The notes: generated by a model not told the origin, from the sequence alone. Numbered from the stretch's first letter, positions 8,941 through 18,157 are shown. The stretch is 64,000 nucleotides of DNA from a bacterium (GCA_020440645.1 JAGRNR010000009.1:5092-69091), one strand, 5' to 3'. Translations and numbers: made by a program.

Positions 8941-9612
8941 ATGTTCATGCGACCGCCCGCTGATGCTGCATTGCACACGAGGCTTGACCAGGCATTCCTC
9001 AAGGCCGACCCGGCTGCCACGGTGGAGGCCCTGCGTGCCCAGGTGGAATTGGCAACACGCCTGCAGCTGCGCAGCCTGTGCGTGCCGCCGCTGCTGGCCG
9101 GCACGGTGAAGAAGCACAACCCGCAGCTCAGGGTATCGACCGTGGTGGCCTATCCGCTCGGGCTGGAAAGCGCCAGCTGCAAGTACTTCTCGATCGAGGA
9201 ACTGATGGAGCAGGGCATTGACGAGTTCGACGTCGTGCTGGACCTGTTCGCGCTCGTGAATGGCAACATGGCGAAGCTGGCGGCCGAGGCCGGCAAGCTC
9301 GGCACGCTCTGCCGCCGCCAGCAGCGGATGCTGAAGGTGATCATCGAAACCCCGATCCTCAATGAGGCTCGCATCACTGAAGTGGTACACGTGCTGCGCG
9401 ATGCCCCGGTGGACTGCGTCAAGACCAGCACCGGCTACGGCCGCGATGCCACGAAAGTCGAACATGTGGAGCTGATCCGCCGGGAACTGGGCGACGACAG
9501 GCTCGTGAAATGCAGCGGCGGAGTGCGCAGCAGGGAGGATGCCCTGCGGATGGTGGATGCCGGTGCGGACATCATCGGCACCAGCAGCGCCGAGGCGATC
9601 CTCGCTTCCTAG
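8941..9612 (+). CDS. deoC: Deoxyribose-phosphate aldolase
   Basis: KVIIETPIL, VDCVKTSTGYG (Schiff-base Lys context), VKCSGGVRS and AGADIIGTSS. The track ORF starts at 8713, but homology begins at MFMRPP (8941). Confidence 0.9.
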   Translation: MFMRPPADAALHTRLDQAFLKADPAATVEALRAQVELATRLQLRSLCVPPLLAGTVKKHNPQLRVSTVVAYPLGLESASCKYFSIEELMEQGIDEFDVVLDLFALVNGNMAKLAAEAGKLGTLCRRQQRMLKVIIETPILNEARITEVVHVLRDAPVDCVKTSTGYGRDATKVEHVELIRRELGDDRLVKCSGGVRSREDALRMVDAGADIIGTSSAEAILAS

Positions 9613-10070
9613 ACCCCGATCTCCTCGCGGTCCATGCCGACCTGCTCCATCAGCGGGAATGCCATCCAGTACAGCAGGCAGGTGAATACGGCAGCGACGC
9701 TGCTCATCACCCCGGCCGGCCAGCGGTGGAAGTCATTGCTGAAGGTGAAGTACAGCCACATCCCGCCCAGGATCAGGCAGACAACGCCGGCGATTGCGAG
9801 GAAGCGGCTCGTGCCGCTGCTTTCCAGCGTGAACTGCCAGCGTTCATGGTCGCTCGTATCCATGTCCCAGTAGACCACGCCCAGCAGCAGCTGGTAGATT
9901 CCGCCGAGCACCAGCGCCCAGCTGCACATGTAGCTGAAGCCGATGATGCCGTGGTTGAAGCCCTTGAAGATCACCACCGTGTCGGCGGCGTCAATCCAGG
10001 GCAGGCGCGGCCCATTGACCAGCACGAATGCCGTGCAGACTATCGCAGCTATCAGGTAGAGGCTTCGCAT
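9609..10070 (-). CDS. Hypothetical integral membrane protein (153 aa, about 4 TM)
   Basis: Hydrophobic segments, for example LYLIAAIVCTAFVLV and FLAIAGVVCLILGGMWLYF. TAGAAT lies 8 nt upstream of the ATG at 10070. The gene overlaps the deoC stop by 4 nt, convergently. Confidence 0.65.
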   Translation of the reverse strand: MRSLYLIAAIVCTAFVLVNGPRLPWIDAADTVVIFKGFNHGIIGFSYMCSWALVLGGIYQLLLGVVYWDMDTSDHERWQFTLESSGTSRFLAIAGVVCLILGGMWLYFTFSNDFHRWPAGVMSSVAAVFTCLLYWMAFPLMEQVGMDREEIGV

Positions 10071-10078
10071 CCCGTTTG

Positions 10079-10084
10079 ATTCTA
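10079..10084 (-). promoter_or_regulatory. -10 box TAGAAT, 8 nt upstream of the ATG at 10070
   Basis: The minus strand reads TAGAAT caaacggg ATG. Confidence 0.45.
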
Positions 10085-10116
10085 TCCCGGAATCCGCTTG
10101 AATTCCGTGACACTAT

Positions 10117-11271
10117 TCAGACATTGTCCATGCCCACGGTGTTCCCGCCGCCCGGTCCAAGCGCATCCAGCCAGTCACAGAAAGCCTCCAGCTCCTGCAC
10201 GCTGATCTCATGGCCCCCATCAAAGCTGAAGCGGGTCACGGGGCAGCCCTGTTCCTCGAGGAAGTCCGCCAGCATCTCGCTTTCAGCCGGCTTCACGGCG
10301 CTGTCGCGCAGGCCATGCCCCGAGAACACCGGAAAATCGAGTTCGCGGCGCGGCAGTTCGTCATTCACCGCGAGCGTGGTGCTGAAGCAGGCCAGCGCGT
10401 CATACTGCCCGCTGCGGGTCAGGGCGCAGTAGCTCGCCAGCATCCCGCCCTGGCTGAAGCCGGCCAGCACCACAGGGCCGATGCGGAAATGCTCTCGCAT
10501 CCTGGCAACCACATTGCCGACGTACTCCGCATTCTGTTCGAGGTACTGCAGGCGCAGCTCATCGCTGAGGCTGCCCGGCCACCAGATGCGCGAGTCCTGG
10601 TGGTCGCTGAACACCGGGTAGGCCGCCGCCGGGGCCGCCATGATGTAGTCCCTGTGCGGCATCTGCTGGCGCCAGGCAGCGATGTTCTCCGGCGTACCGG
10701 TTGCCCCGTGCAGCATCACCACGAGCGTGTATTCGCGCTCGCTGTCAAAGTCTTCCGGCAGGAAGTAGCGCACGCTGCCCATGCTGCCCATCGGCACTAG
10801 CAGCGTCTCACCCATCTGCTCGCGGTAGCGCAGCTCACGGCTGCGCAGCACCTCGGCCGCCATCCGGAAGCTGTAGTCCTCGCGCACGTTGTCAAAGCGC
10901 GGGTCGTCAATCCGGGCACTGATGTTGCGCAGCCCGGCCTCCTGTGCGAGGCGCAGTGCATCCGATGCCAGGCTGGCCCGCCCGAGCTGGCCATAGCAGC
11001 CAGCCAGGCGCAGCAGCACCTCGAAATTCGAGGCATCGGACTGCAGGGCCGCGATGTAGCAGGCCGCAGCCTGTTCCAGTTCGCCCTGGTTCTCATGCTG
11101 CAGGCCCATCAGCACATAACTGGCCCGGTCGTTGTCCAGTACGGTGAGCGCATCCCCGGCCAGCGGGTCAATCTCATCCGGGCTCAGGTATTCCCACTGC
11201 GCGTGTGCCACCGACAGTGACAGCAGTGCGGCAAGCAGGGCCAGCATGGCAATCCGGTGGATCATCTTCAT
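10117..11271 (-). CDS. Secreted TPR plus alpha/beta hydrolase (phospholipase/carboxylesterase-like esterase)
   Basis: Signal MKMIHRIAMLALLAALLSLSVAHAQ, preceded by GGAGGAA directly before the ATG at 11271. TPR-like N-terminal half. Nucleophile elbow VLAGFSQGG and C-terminal GGHE. Confidence 0.8.
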   Translation of the reverse strand: MKMIHRIAMLALLAALLSLSVAHAQWEYLSPDEIDPLAGDALTVLDNDRASYVLMGLQHENQGELEQAAACYIAALQSDASNFEVLLRLAGCYGQLGRASLASDALRLAQEAGLRNISARIDDPRFDNVREDYSFRMAAEVLRSRELRYREQMGETLLVPMGSMGSVRYFLPEDFDSEREYTLVVMLHGATGTPENIAAWRQQMPHRDYIMAAPAAAYPVFSDHQDSRIWWPGSLSDELRLQYLEQNAEYVGNVVARMREHFRIGPVVLAGFSQGGMLASYCALTRSGQYDALACFSTTLAVNDELPRRELDFPVFSGHGLRDSAVKPAESEMLADFLEEQGCPVTRFSFDGGHEISVQELEAFCDWLDALGPGGGNTVGMDNV

Positions 11272-11311
11272 TTCCTCCACTCCCCCCTGGAGCATTATGA
11301 CAGCCGCAGCT

Positions 11312-12352
11312 TCAGTGGCGTGACCCGAGCTCTGACAGGATCTGCTTCAGGTCCGCCAGGCAACGCTGCTGCCCCGCCGGGCTGCGTCCGTCCACCTTGC
11401 GCACCAGGTCAAACCACGAGTAGGCCAGCACGTTGTCAGCCCCGGCATTGAAGCCGGCCTGCACCATCGCGCGCATCTGCTCGAGCGTCGGGAAGCTGGC
11501 GGAATTGCTGCCCTTGCCGTACATCCGCCAGTCGAAGCTCTGGAACACGAGGATCAGCGGCTGCGATGGCTTGCGCAGCTCATTGGCGCGGCGCACCAGT
11601 GCGTCCACCTCGTAGCTGATCGCCTCGATGCTGTGGCCATCATCCAGCCAATGCGCACCGACGGGGTAGCAGTCCACCATCACCCAGTCGCAGCAGTCGC
11701 GGATCATGCTGCGCATGCTCTGCTCGAACTGCTCATCATGCTGGAGGTAGTCCGGGGTGCCGTGCGGATAGTTGCGGCTATCAAAGCGCCGGTTCATCTC
11801 ATGGCGGTCCGGCAGCTGGTTCCAGACGCAGATCTGCGGCCGGTCGGGGTCGATGCGGCGGATGCTCTGGTACAGGTCGCGCATCTGCCCAAGCGACAGG
11901 CTGTATTTCTCCGTGCCGTCCACCCCGCTGAGCATCGGCAGGATCTCATCATGCACATACCAGGCCCCGATCTGCTCCTCGTTGCGCAGGGCCTCGACCT
12001 CAGCCAGCGCCCTGGCAACCTGTACGGAGGATGTGCGCGGGGTAGCACCTTCGAGGGCATTGAACAGGCTGTAGCCGATGCTGATCCCCTCGCGCCTGGC
12101 AATCGCCATGTAGGCATCGAAGTTGTCACGGTCGGCCGGGCCTTCCGGCCACTGCAGCGCGTAGTCAATCACGAAATTGACACCGCTGTCGGACAGCTCG
12201 CTGAACTGCTCGTTCACCTGAAGCAGGTTCCAGCAGCCCATCGAGATGTAACAGCCCACGAGCCGGTTGGGGTCTGGTGTGCTGTTGGCAGCCAGCGCCC
12301 TGCCACCGTTCAGGCAGGCGATCAGGATCAGGCTGGCCATCAGGGTCCTCAT
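11312..12352 (-). CDS. Secreted TIM-barrel glycoside-hydrolase-like protein
   Basis: Signal MRTLMASLILIACLNGGRALA. An alternating beta/alpha pattern with AWYVHDEI and LILVFQSFDW, resembling acid/base and nucleophile strands. The family is not assignable by eye. Confidence 0.55.
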   Translation of the reverse strand: MRTLMASLILIACLNGGRALAANSTPDPNRLVGCYISMGCWNLLQVNEQFSELSDSGVNFVIDYALQWPEGPADRDNFDAYMAIARREGISIGYSLFNALEGATPRTSSVQVARALAEVEALRNEEQIGAWYVHDEILPMLSGVDGTEKYSLSLGQMRDLYQSIRRIDPDRPQICVWNQLPDRHEMNRRFDSRNYPHGTPDYLQHDEQFEQSMRSMIRDCCDWVMVDCYPVGAHWLDDGHSIEAISYEVDALVRRANELRKPSQPLILVFQSFDWRMYGKGSNSASFPTLEQMRAMVQAGFNAGADNVLAYSWFDLVRKVDGRSPAGQQRCLADLKQILSELGSRH

Positions 12353-13452
12353 TGCTTTTGGTTGAGCTTGCGCATCACGACTTCAGTGGTGCCGGTCGGG
12401 ATGTTGGCAATCAGCATGTCGCCGCTGCGGCGCACAGAGCTGACCGGCTTGCCGTCGGCCAGCACCTCGGCCTGCTCCCAGTCAGCCGGGACGGCGCACT
12501 GCACGGAGATCACGTCCCAGTAGTTCTGGTAGTCCGGCAGCTGGCTGATCTTCGCAATCATGTAGTCCTTATCGAAATCAAGCAGTTCCAAGGTGAACTG
12601 CCGGCTCTCCAGCATGTAGCGGGCCACATTCCTGATCGGGGCCACCCAGACACGGTCCCCGAAAGATGCGAGGTACTCGTAATGTTCGACGAAGTCGTTG
12701 TAGGGGCGCGGACTCCAGCCCACACCGGGCTCGCCCGCCTCACCGATGCCGTGGCACTGCTCGATCATCCAGCCCTGCTTGCTGATGGCAAGGTCCGTCG
12801 TGCTGTTCCACATCCACATTGGCAGGATGTCCTGGTTGGCCCAGCTGTAGAGGTGCATCAGCGGCGGGTTGGCGGAGCAGTTGCGCTGGGCGATGTCCTC
12901 CCTCTCCTGCGGGCCACTGCGGGCGAACATGTATCCGAACTCAGCAGCGGTGTGGAAATTGCCGTAGTGGTACTGCTCATAGGGGTAGATCAGGGTATCC
13001 ACCTGGTCCAGGCCCTCGATGTTATCGAGCAGGAACCGGTGGCAGGTGCCGATCTCATCGCGCACCACTTCCTCGCTGCTTTCCGCCATGTTGAGGTGCG
13101 TCTTCGAATGGTTGGCGATCTCATGCCCATCGTCGAAGGCTTGCTGCAGCTGTTCCTTCCAGCCCTTGCGCTTGACGATGGTGGTGGAGACGATGCCGAG
13201 CGTGACCTTCCAGCCGTACTTGTCCCACAGCGGCATGCCCCGCTCCCAGTGGTCCAGCGAGCCGTCGTCGAAGGTCAGGCTGACCGCACCCTCCGCGCCG
13301 TTGTACCAGCGGCAGATTTCCGGCTTCGGGCGCCATCGCTCATCAGTCTGGGGCACCTGGTCCTTCTGCGGGATCACGATGATGTCTCCCTGGGCCAGCG
13401 CAGTGCCGCCCAGCAGCAGCATCAGCAGTAAAAGGGATAGTGTCTGTCTCAT
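12349..13452 (-). CDS. Polysaccharide deacetylase (CE4 / NodB domain), secreted
   Basis: VSLTFDDGSLDHW (TFDDG motif) and ANHSKTHLNM (His motif). Signal MRQTLSLLLLMLLLGGTALAQ. ATGA overlap with the downstream gene. Confidence 0.85.
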   Translation of the reverse strand: MRQTLSLLLLMLLLGGTALAQGDIIVIPQKDQVPQTDERWRPKPEICRWYNGAEGAVSLTFDDGSLDHWERGMPLWDKYGWKVTLGIVSTTIVKRKGWKEQLQQAFDDGHEIANHSKTHLNMAESSEEVVRDEIGTCHRFLLDNIEGLDQVDTLIYPYEQYHYGNFHTAAEFGYMFARSGPQEREDIAQRNCSANPPLMHLYSWANQDILPMWMWNSTTDLAISKQGWMIEQCHGIGEAGEPGVGWSPRPYNDFVEHYEYLASFGDRVWVAPIRNVARYMLESRQFTLELLDFDKDYMIAKISQLPDYQNYWDVISVQCAVPADWEQAEVLADGKPVSSVRRSGDMLIANIPTGTTEVVMRKLNQKQ

Positions 13453-13470
13453 AGGCGTTGTCGGCTGGAG

Positions 13471-13476
13471 ATTCTA
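13471..13476 (-). promoter_or_regulatory. Putative internal -10 box TAGAAT, 18 nt upstream of the deacetylase ATG at 13452
   Basis: The minus strand reads TAGAAT ctccagccgacaacgcct ATG. It sits immediately after the hairpin at 13480..13495. Confidence 0.35.
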
Positions 13477-13479
13477 CCC

Positions 13480-13495
13480 GCGGACAGCCGTCCGC
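13480..13495 (-). terminator. Short GC hairpin (gcggac agcc gtccgc) after the 13531..15027 gene; no U-tract
   Basis: A 6-bp stem with a 4-nt loop, read directly, 36 nt after the stop. Confidence 0.25.
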
Positions 13496-13530
13496 GCTTC
13501 AAATATGGATGGACTCGAAGCTAATTCCGT

Positions 13531-15027
13531 TCAGCGGAAGGGGTAAACAGGCACCTTGATCGGTGAGATCAGGTCGGCTTCCTTGCGCAGGATATTCGTC
13601 ACCACCGGGTAGGAACTGTGCCAGAACGGGAAACCGGTCGAACCCTGCACCTCTCGGCCGTAGAAGCTGCGGTTGATCTGCAGCGTAAGCTTGGTGTCCG
13701 CCGGGCCCATTGCCTTGCCGAACTCGGTCATCTCGCCTGCCATGTAGTAACTGTTGTAGTGGGTTTCCTTGCGCACGATGGCCGGGATTACCAGCGGCAG
13801 GTCGTGTCGGCGCATCTTGTCCTTGCCACTGTCGGTCAGCTTGAATTCGAAGTCCGCGAGGATCTGGACGGAAGGATCCGGACGAACGGTCACCACATCA
13901 AACCAGTAGGTGAAGGTGCTCGGGCGGCTGCCCTGCATCACGTCCATTTCCATGTAGTCGGTACGGGGCACGAACAACATGCCGCCCGGTGCCACGTCAT
14001 CCGCGTCCGTCAGCACGAAGAATTCGTCCTCGCCATCCTTGCACAGCAGGTAACCGGAGCCGGTCAGGTCCCAGTCCTTTCCATGCTTTTGCTTGTACAG
14101 CTCAAACAGCCACCAGGGCACATCAGTGACATCGCCGAAGTCCACGAAGTAACGACCGATCCAGTGGGTCCAGTCCACCCCGAAGATCTCTTCAAGCCGG
14201 TCCCGCAGTTCCTCATCCGTCGGGGATGCCAGGGTATTGAATTCAGCACAGATCGTGCGCCCACCCTGGTCGAGGAAGCCCTCGATTGCGGTGATCTCCT
14301 CAGGTTTCATGCCTCCGTAGATCTTCGGTGAGTAGATCGTATGTGCGATGTTATCGCCCCAATAGTCGCTGCGGAACTGCCAGTAGTCAGCGCTGTAGAC
14401 GCCATAGCTGTCACAGATGTAAAGCAGGTCACGGTCCGCAAGATCGGCGGAGTCGATGTAATCAAATCGCCAATGTACATCATTCTTGAGGCGGGCATCC
14501 TCCGCGGGATTGCTGCTGCTTGGCACCGGCCCGACGAAGTTCGGGTTGAATTCCTGCGAGAACATCGCGTTTTCCTGCTCAGGGGGCGCAAGGATCCTGT
14601 CATCCGGCGGCGGGTAGAAGCCGGTGTAGTCCAGGTCCTCCGCATAGAAGCGGTTGTCGGTCTGCTTGGTCGGGTCGACGAACTTGTTATTGGTCAGCAG
14701 CCAGAACAGGCCGCGGTGTTCGCGGTAGTCCTGGAACGGCACCGTCTTGTCCACGATCATCATCTTGAGCGGGATGTCCGGCGTACGCTCCCAGAACAGG
14801 TGCGGAATCAGCACGCAAAGGTAGATGATCAGCGCCAGGATCAGGATCGTGTGCAGGCGCCGGCTCGTGATGAAGGCCACAAGAAAGGGCTTCTTGCGCG
14901 GCTTGCCGATGCCTTCAGCTTCGCGCCGGTGGCGGGCCTTGCGGTCCGGCGGCGGCACGAGCGTGGCAGTGGCCGTTCCACCCGGCTGCTGCTCCTCCTG
15001 GTTGTCTCCCTTAATCAGGTCACTCAT
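13531..15027 (-). CDS. Single-pass membrane-anchored protein of unknown function (498 aa), partner of the GT2 synthase
   Basis: Basic N-terminus, one TM (LHTILILALIIYLCVLIPHLF), then a large Trp/Tyr/Asp-rich extracytoplasmic domain. No motif I recognise. A 23-nt gap separates it from the GT2 gene. Confidence 0.7.
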   Translation of the reverse strand: MSDLIKGDNQEEQQPGGTATATLVPPPDRKARHRREAEGIGKPRKKPFLVAFITSRRLHTILILALIIYLCVLIPHLFWERTPDIPLKMMIVDKTVPFQDYREHRGLFWLLTNNKFVDPTKQTDNRFYAEDLDYTGFYPPPDDRILAPPEQENAMFSQEFNPNFVGPVPSSSNPAEDARLKNDVHWRFDYIDSADLADRDLLYICDSYGVYSADYWQFRSDYWGDNIAHTIYSPKIYGGMKPEEITAIEGFLDQGGRTICAEFNTLASPTDEELRDRLEEIFGVDWTHWIGRYFVDFGDVTDVPWWLFELYKQKHGKDWDLTGSGYLLCKDGEDEFFVLTDADDVAPGGMLFVPRTDYMEMDVMQGSRPSTFTYWFDVVTVRPDPSVQILADFEFKLTDSGKDKMRRHDLPLVIPAIVRKETHYNSYYMAGEMTEFGKAMGPADTKLTLQINRSFYGREVQGSTGFPFWHSSYPVVTNILRKEADLISPIKVPVYPFR

Positions 15028-15050
15028 ATCCAGTCACTTGCTCCCGTGGA

Positions 15051-16490
15051 TCAGGATCCTGCGGTACGGAATCCACCGCGCCGGATCGCACCCCACAGCT
15101 TGCGGAAGCCGCCGAGGTACTCAAGCATGGCCTGCAGGCGCCAGATCGCATTGATCTGGCGGAAGCCGAAGTTGTACAGGAAGCCGCCCCAGAGCAGCTT
15201 GAACAGGTCGGATGTCCGCTGGTAGCGGTGGAAGCTGAGCTCCTCCACGAGCACCGTGATCACGGTGAACATGAAGCCCAGTGACATGCTCAGCAGGATG
15301 AACATCAGCATCCATTCCAGCGAGAGCACACCGGCCCACCAGAAGATCACGATCAGCACGTAGCCGAACAGCTCGACGATGCAGCCCAGCATCTCGAATA
15401 TAAGGTAATAGGGCATGCCGAACATGCCCAGTGCGCCGAAGCGCGGGTTGAACATCATTTCGCCGTTGTAGCGCAGGCTGTCCACCAGGCCCTTCTGCCA
15501 GCGGCGGCGCTGGCCGGCGAGGCTCTTCATGTCCTCCGGCACCTCGGTCCAGCAGACCGGGTCCGGGTTGAAGAACATCTTGAATTCCTGCCGCTTCTTC
15601 TTGAAGATGCGGTTGAGGCGCACCACCAGCTCCATGTCCTCGCCGATGGTGTCCTCGCGATAGCCGCCGACCTCGATCACGGACTCCTTGTGGAACATCC
15701 CGAAGGCACCGGAGATCAGCAGCACCACACCCATCTGGGCGAAGGCGATGCGGCTGGAGAGGAATGTCATCAGGTACTCGACCGTCTGGGCCAGTGCCAG
15801 CCAGTTGGTGGCGATGTTCACTTCCTTGACGCGGCCGTAGTCCACCACGCAGTTGTTCGCCACGCGGATCACACCGCCGACGGCGATCATCGTGTCCGGA
15901 TGCTCAATGAAGGGACGCATCGTCTTCAGCAGGGCGTCGGAGTCGAGGATCGAATCCGCGTCCAGCGTACAGAAGTAGGGGTACTGGCTGACGTTGATGC
16001 CCACGTTGAGCGCACTGCTCTTGCCGCCGTTGGGCTTGTCCACCACCACGAGGTTAGGGTGCATGCGGCTTTCGTAGATCGCCTTGACCGGCTCGGTCTC
16101 GATCTTGCGCTGGTAGATCTTGCTCACCGGCACGAGGTCGAAGGCCTCAATCAGCACCTGCATGGTGTTGTCCTTCGAGCCGTCGTTGACCACGATCACC
16201 TCGAACTGCGGGTAATGCAGGGTCAGGAGCGAGCGCACCGACTCCATGATCACCTTCTCCTCGTTGTAGGCGGGACAGAGGATGCTCACGGGCTTGGTCA
16301 GCGATGTCTTGAACAGGGCGTGCAGGTCCACCACATTCACATAGTGGCGGTAGCGGCCGAGGTTCATGATGCCGATCAGGAAGAATGCAATATACGAAAT
16401 GATCAGGCCGAGGGTGTACAGGATGAAGAACCCCGAGAGCCAGAGGATAACGATGATCGCATAGCTGTTATCAAGGTCATAGCCAAACAT
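15051..16490 (-). CDS. Processive family-2 glycosyltransferase (PgaC/IcaA/cellulose-synthase-like polysaccharide synthase)
   Basis: ILCPAYNEE, VVNDGSKD, CTLDADS, GAFGMF, GEDMEL and QRRRWQKG (the QxxRW processivity motif), with TM helices at both ends. Confidence 0.9.
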   Translation of the reverse strand: MFGYDLDNSYAIIVILWLSGFFILYTLGLIISYIAFFLIGIMNLGRYRHYVNVVDLHALFKTSLTKPVSILCPAYNEEKVIMESVRSLLTLHYPQFEVIVVNDGSKDNTMQVLIEAFDLVPVSKIYQRKIETEPVKAIYESRMHPNLVVVDKPNGGKSSALNVGINVSQYPYFCTLDADSILDSDALLKTMRPFIEHPDTMIAVGGVIRVANNCVVDYGRVKEVNIATNWLALAQTVEYLMTFLSSRIAFAQMGVVLLISGAFGMFHKESVIEVGGYREDTIGEDMELVVRLNRIFKKKRQEFKMFFNPDPVCWTEVPEDMKSLAGQRRRWQKGLVDSLRYNGEMMFNPRFGALGMFGMPYYLIFEMLGCIVELFGYVLIVIFWWAGVLSLEWMLMFILLSMSLGFMFTVITVLVEELSFHRYQRTSDLFKLLWGGFLYNFGFRQINAIWRLQAMLEYLGGFRKLWGAIRRGGFRTAGS

Positions 16491-17629
16491 CAGTTATCAC
16501 CCTCCGTGTCACGGCTTCCCGGCAGCTCCCGCTCCCGGCTCGGGGTGGCGGCGGATTCAAGCTGCTCTTCCCCGAAGAAGCGGCTGAGGTTACCGTTGGA
16601 CCGCTCGAGCTGGTAATTGGCCACATCCCTGGCGAAGTCATCATCATCACGCCGGGCCTGGTGCAGGATCTCACCACCTCTGCGTCCATAGGCCGCCAGT
16701 GACTGGGCTGCGTTGCGGCGTACCCAGTAGCTCGGGTCGGACAGCGCATCCCGCAGGATCGGCAGGCCGTCCTTGACCTGCATGGTGCCCAGTGCCTTGA
16801 CGGCCTGGGCCCGGATCTCCCAGGAACGGTCCTTGGAAAGCCGCAGGAACTCGGGGATGCTGCGCGGGGAGGCGATCTTGCCCATCGACTTGATGGTGCG
16901 GATCACCTTTTCCTTATGGGAAGAGCGCAGCACCTCATGCAGCTGGTCCACCAGCCGGTATTCCTGCAGGTCGCCGACAAGGTCAATCGCCATCAGCTTG
17001 GACTCAAGGGCGAAATCCTGGTGCTCCAGCATCTGCTTGAGGGGGACAATGGCCTGGCCGCGCATCTTCTGCACAATTTCCACCAGGCGGGTGGTTTCCA
17101 TCAGTTCGGGCCGGTTGAGGATGCTCAATAGAGCGGTGCCGGCCTCGGGCGTACCAATCATTCCCATGCTGCGCGCGGCGGTGAAGCGTACTTCCATCCG
17201 CTTGTCGCGCAGGTTGTTTGACAGGATCGGCACCGTTTCCTTGAGTCCGTAGATGCCAAGCTGCATCGCGGCGATGTCACGGATGCGCCAGTCCCAGTTA
17301 TTGAGACGGCGGGCGGTGCGGTTGAGCAGTTTCAGGCGGTCAGCGAGGGTCAGGAGCTTCTTGCGCTCCGAGCCTGTCAGCTGGCGCAGCATCCCGAGGA
17401 TCATCTCCTCAGCGAGGTCGACGTGGTTGCCGATGCTGGAGATCATTTCCTCAATGGAGCTGTCACCGCTGAGGTAACGGGCGAACACGGGCAGGAGCTC
17501 GGCGCGGCGGTTGCTGGCCCATGTGTTGTGGCTGGCCGACATCATCCGCTGAACGACGATGATCAGGAACAGCAGCGCTGAGTTGAGGAAAATTCCCGCA
17601 ACCAGATATTGCACGCTGTCAGCAAACAT
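16490..17629 (-). CDS. N-terminally TM-anchored HEAT-repeat protein
   Basis: N-terminal TM VAGIFLNSALLFLIIVV. Repeated pattern D..WR.R..AA..LG (IRDIAAMQLG, EVRFTAARSMG, EIRAQAVKALG, WVRRNAAQSLAA). A 1-nt overlap with the GT2 start. Confidence 0.8.
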   Translation of the reverse strand: MFADSVQYLVAGIFLNSALLFLIIVVQRMMSASHNTWASNRRAELLPVFARYLSGDSSIEEMISSIGNHVDLAEEMILGMLRQLTGSERKKLLTLADRLKLLNRTARRLNNWDWRIRDIAAMQLGIYGLKETVPILSNNLRDKRMEVRFTAARSMGMIGTPEAGTALLSILNRPELMETTRLVEIVQKMRGQAIVPLKQMLEHQDFALESKLMAIDLVGDLQEYRLVDQLHEVLRSSHKEKVIRTIKSMGKIASPRSIPEFLRLSKDRSWEIRAQAVKALGTMQVKDGLPILRDALSDPSYWVRRNAAQSLAAYGRRGGEILHQARRDDDDFARDVANYQLERSNGNLSRFFGEEQLESAATPSRERELPGSRDTEGDN

Positions 17630-17697
17630 TGGTTAACCCCGCTCCGATCCTTTCTTTTTCCGGGCGATGCCCCGCCCGTCACTCCAACATTAGTACG

Positions 17698-18111
17698 TCA
17701 GCCTGCCTGTGCAGTACCTCTGACATGCTTCAGGGCGTTGTACAGTCTCGCAATCAGCACGTTGATGCTGAACGGGATGGTGACGTAGTCGACGCATCCC
17801 AGCCGGAACGCATTGAGAATGTCATCCTCATCCTCCCGGGCGCTGATCACGATCATCGCCCCGGGTTCGTTGACCTTCTCACGCTGCTGGATCTCCCTCA
17901 TCACCTGAAATCCATCCAATTTCTGGATGAGGATATCTATCAACAACAGGTCAAAGGTTTCCCGCTCCATCTGGTCGAGCGCTTCAATGCCGTCAACGGC
18001 CCGACTGACCCTGAAGCCCTGCCGTTCCAGCTTGTATGACAGAATGCCAAACAGACTGTCATCCTCGAGTACGACAAGGATCTTCGGGTTGGAGACTGGG
18101 GTAGAATCCAT
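17698..18111 (-). CDS. Stand-alone response-regulator receiver domain, atypical (conserved Lys replaced by Ile)
   Basis: KILVVLEDD, DLLLIDILIQKLDG (phospho-acceptor Asp context), IVISA, then DYVTIPF where canonical receivers have KPF. The start is set at ATG 18111 because TAGAAT (18163..18158) lies inside the longer track ORF. Confidence 0.8.
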   Translation of the reverse strand: MDSTPVSNPKILVVLEDDSLFGILSYKLERQGFRVSRAVDGIEALDQMERETFDLLLIDILIQKLDGFQVMREIQQREKVNEPGAMIVISAREDEDDILNAFRLGCVDYVTIPFSINVLIARLYNALKHVRGTAQAG

Positions 18112-18157
18112 TCCCAAAATCACCTTTCGATAGTATGTGCCCTGATTTGAGCGACTG

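Noticed and set aside
18102-18107. TAGAAT on the + strand inside the receiver gene as a promoter for the 18343 gene
   Set aside because: It lies within the coding sequence on the opposite strand, about 240 nt from the start. The hexamer is expected by chance at this frequency.
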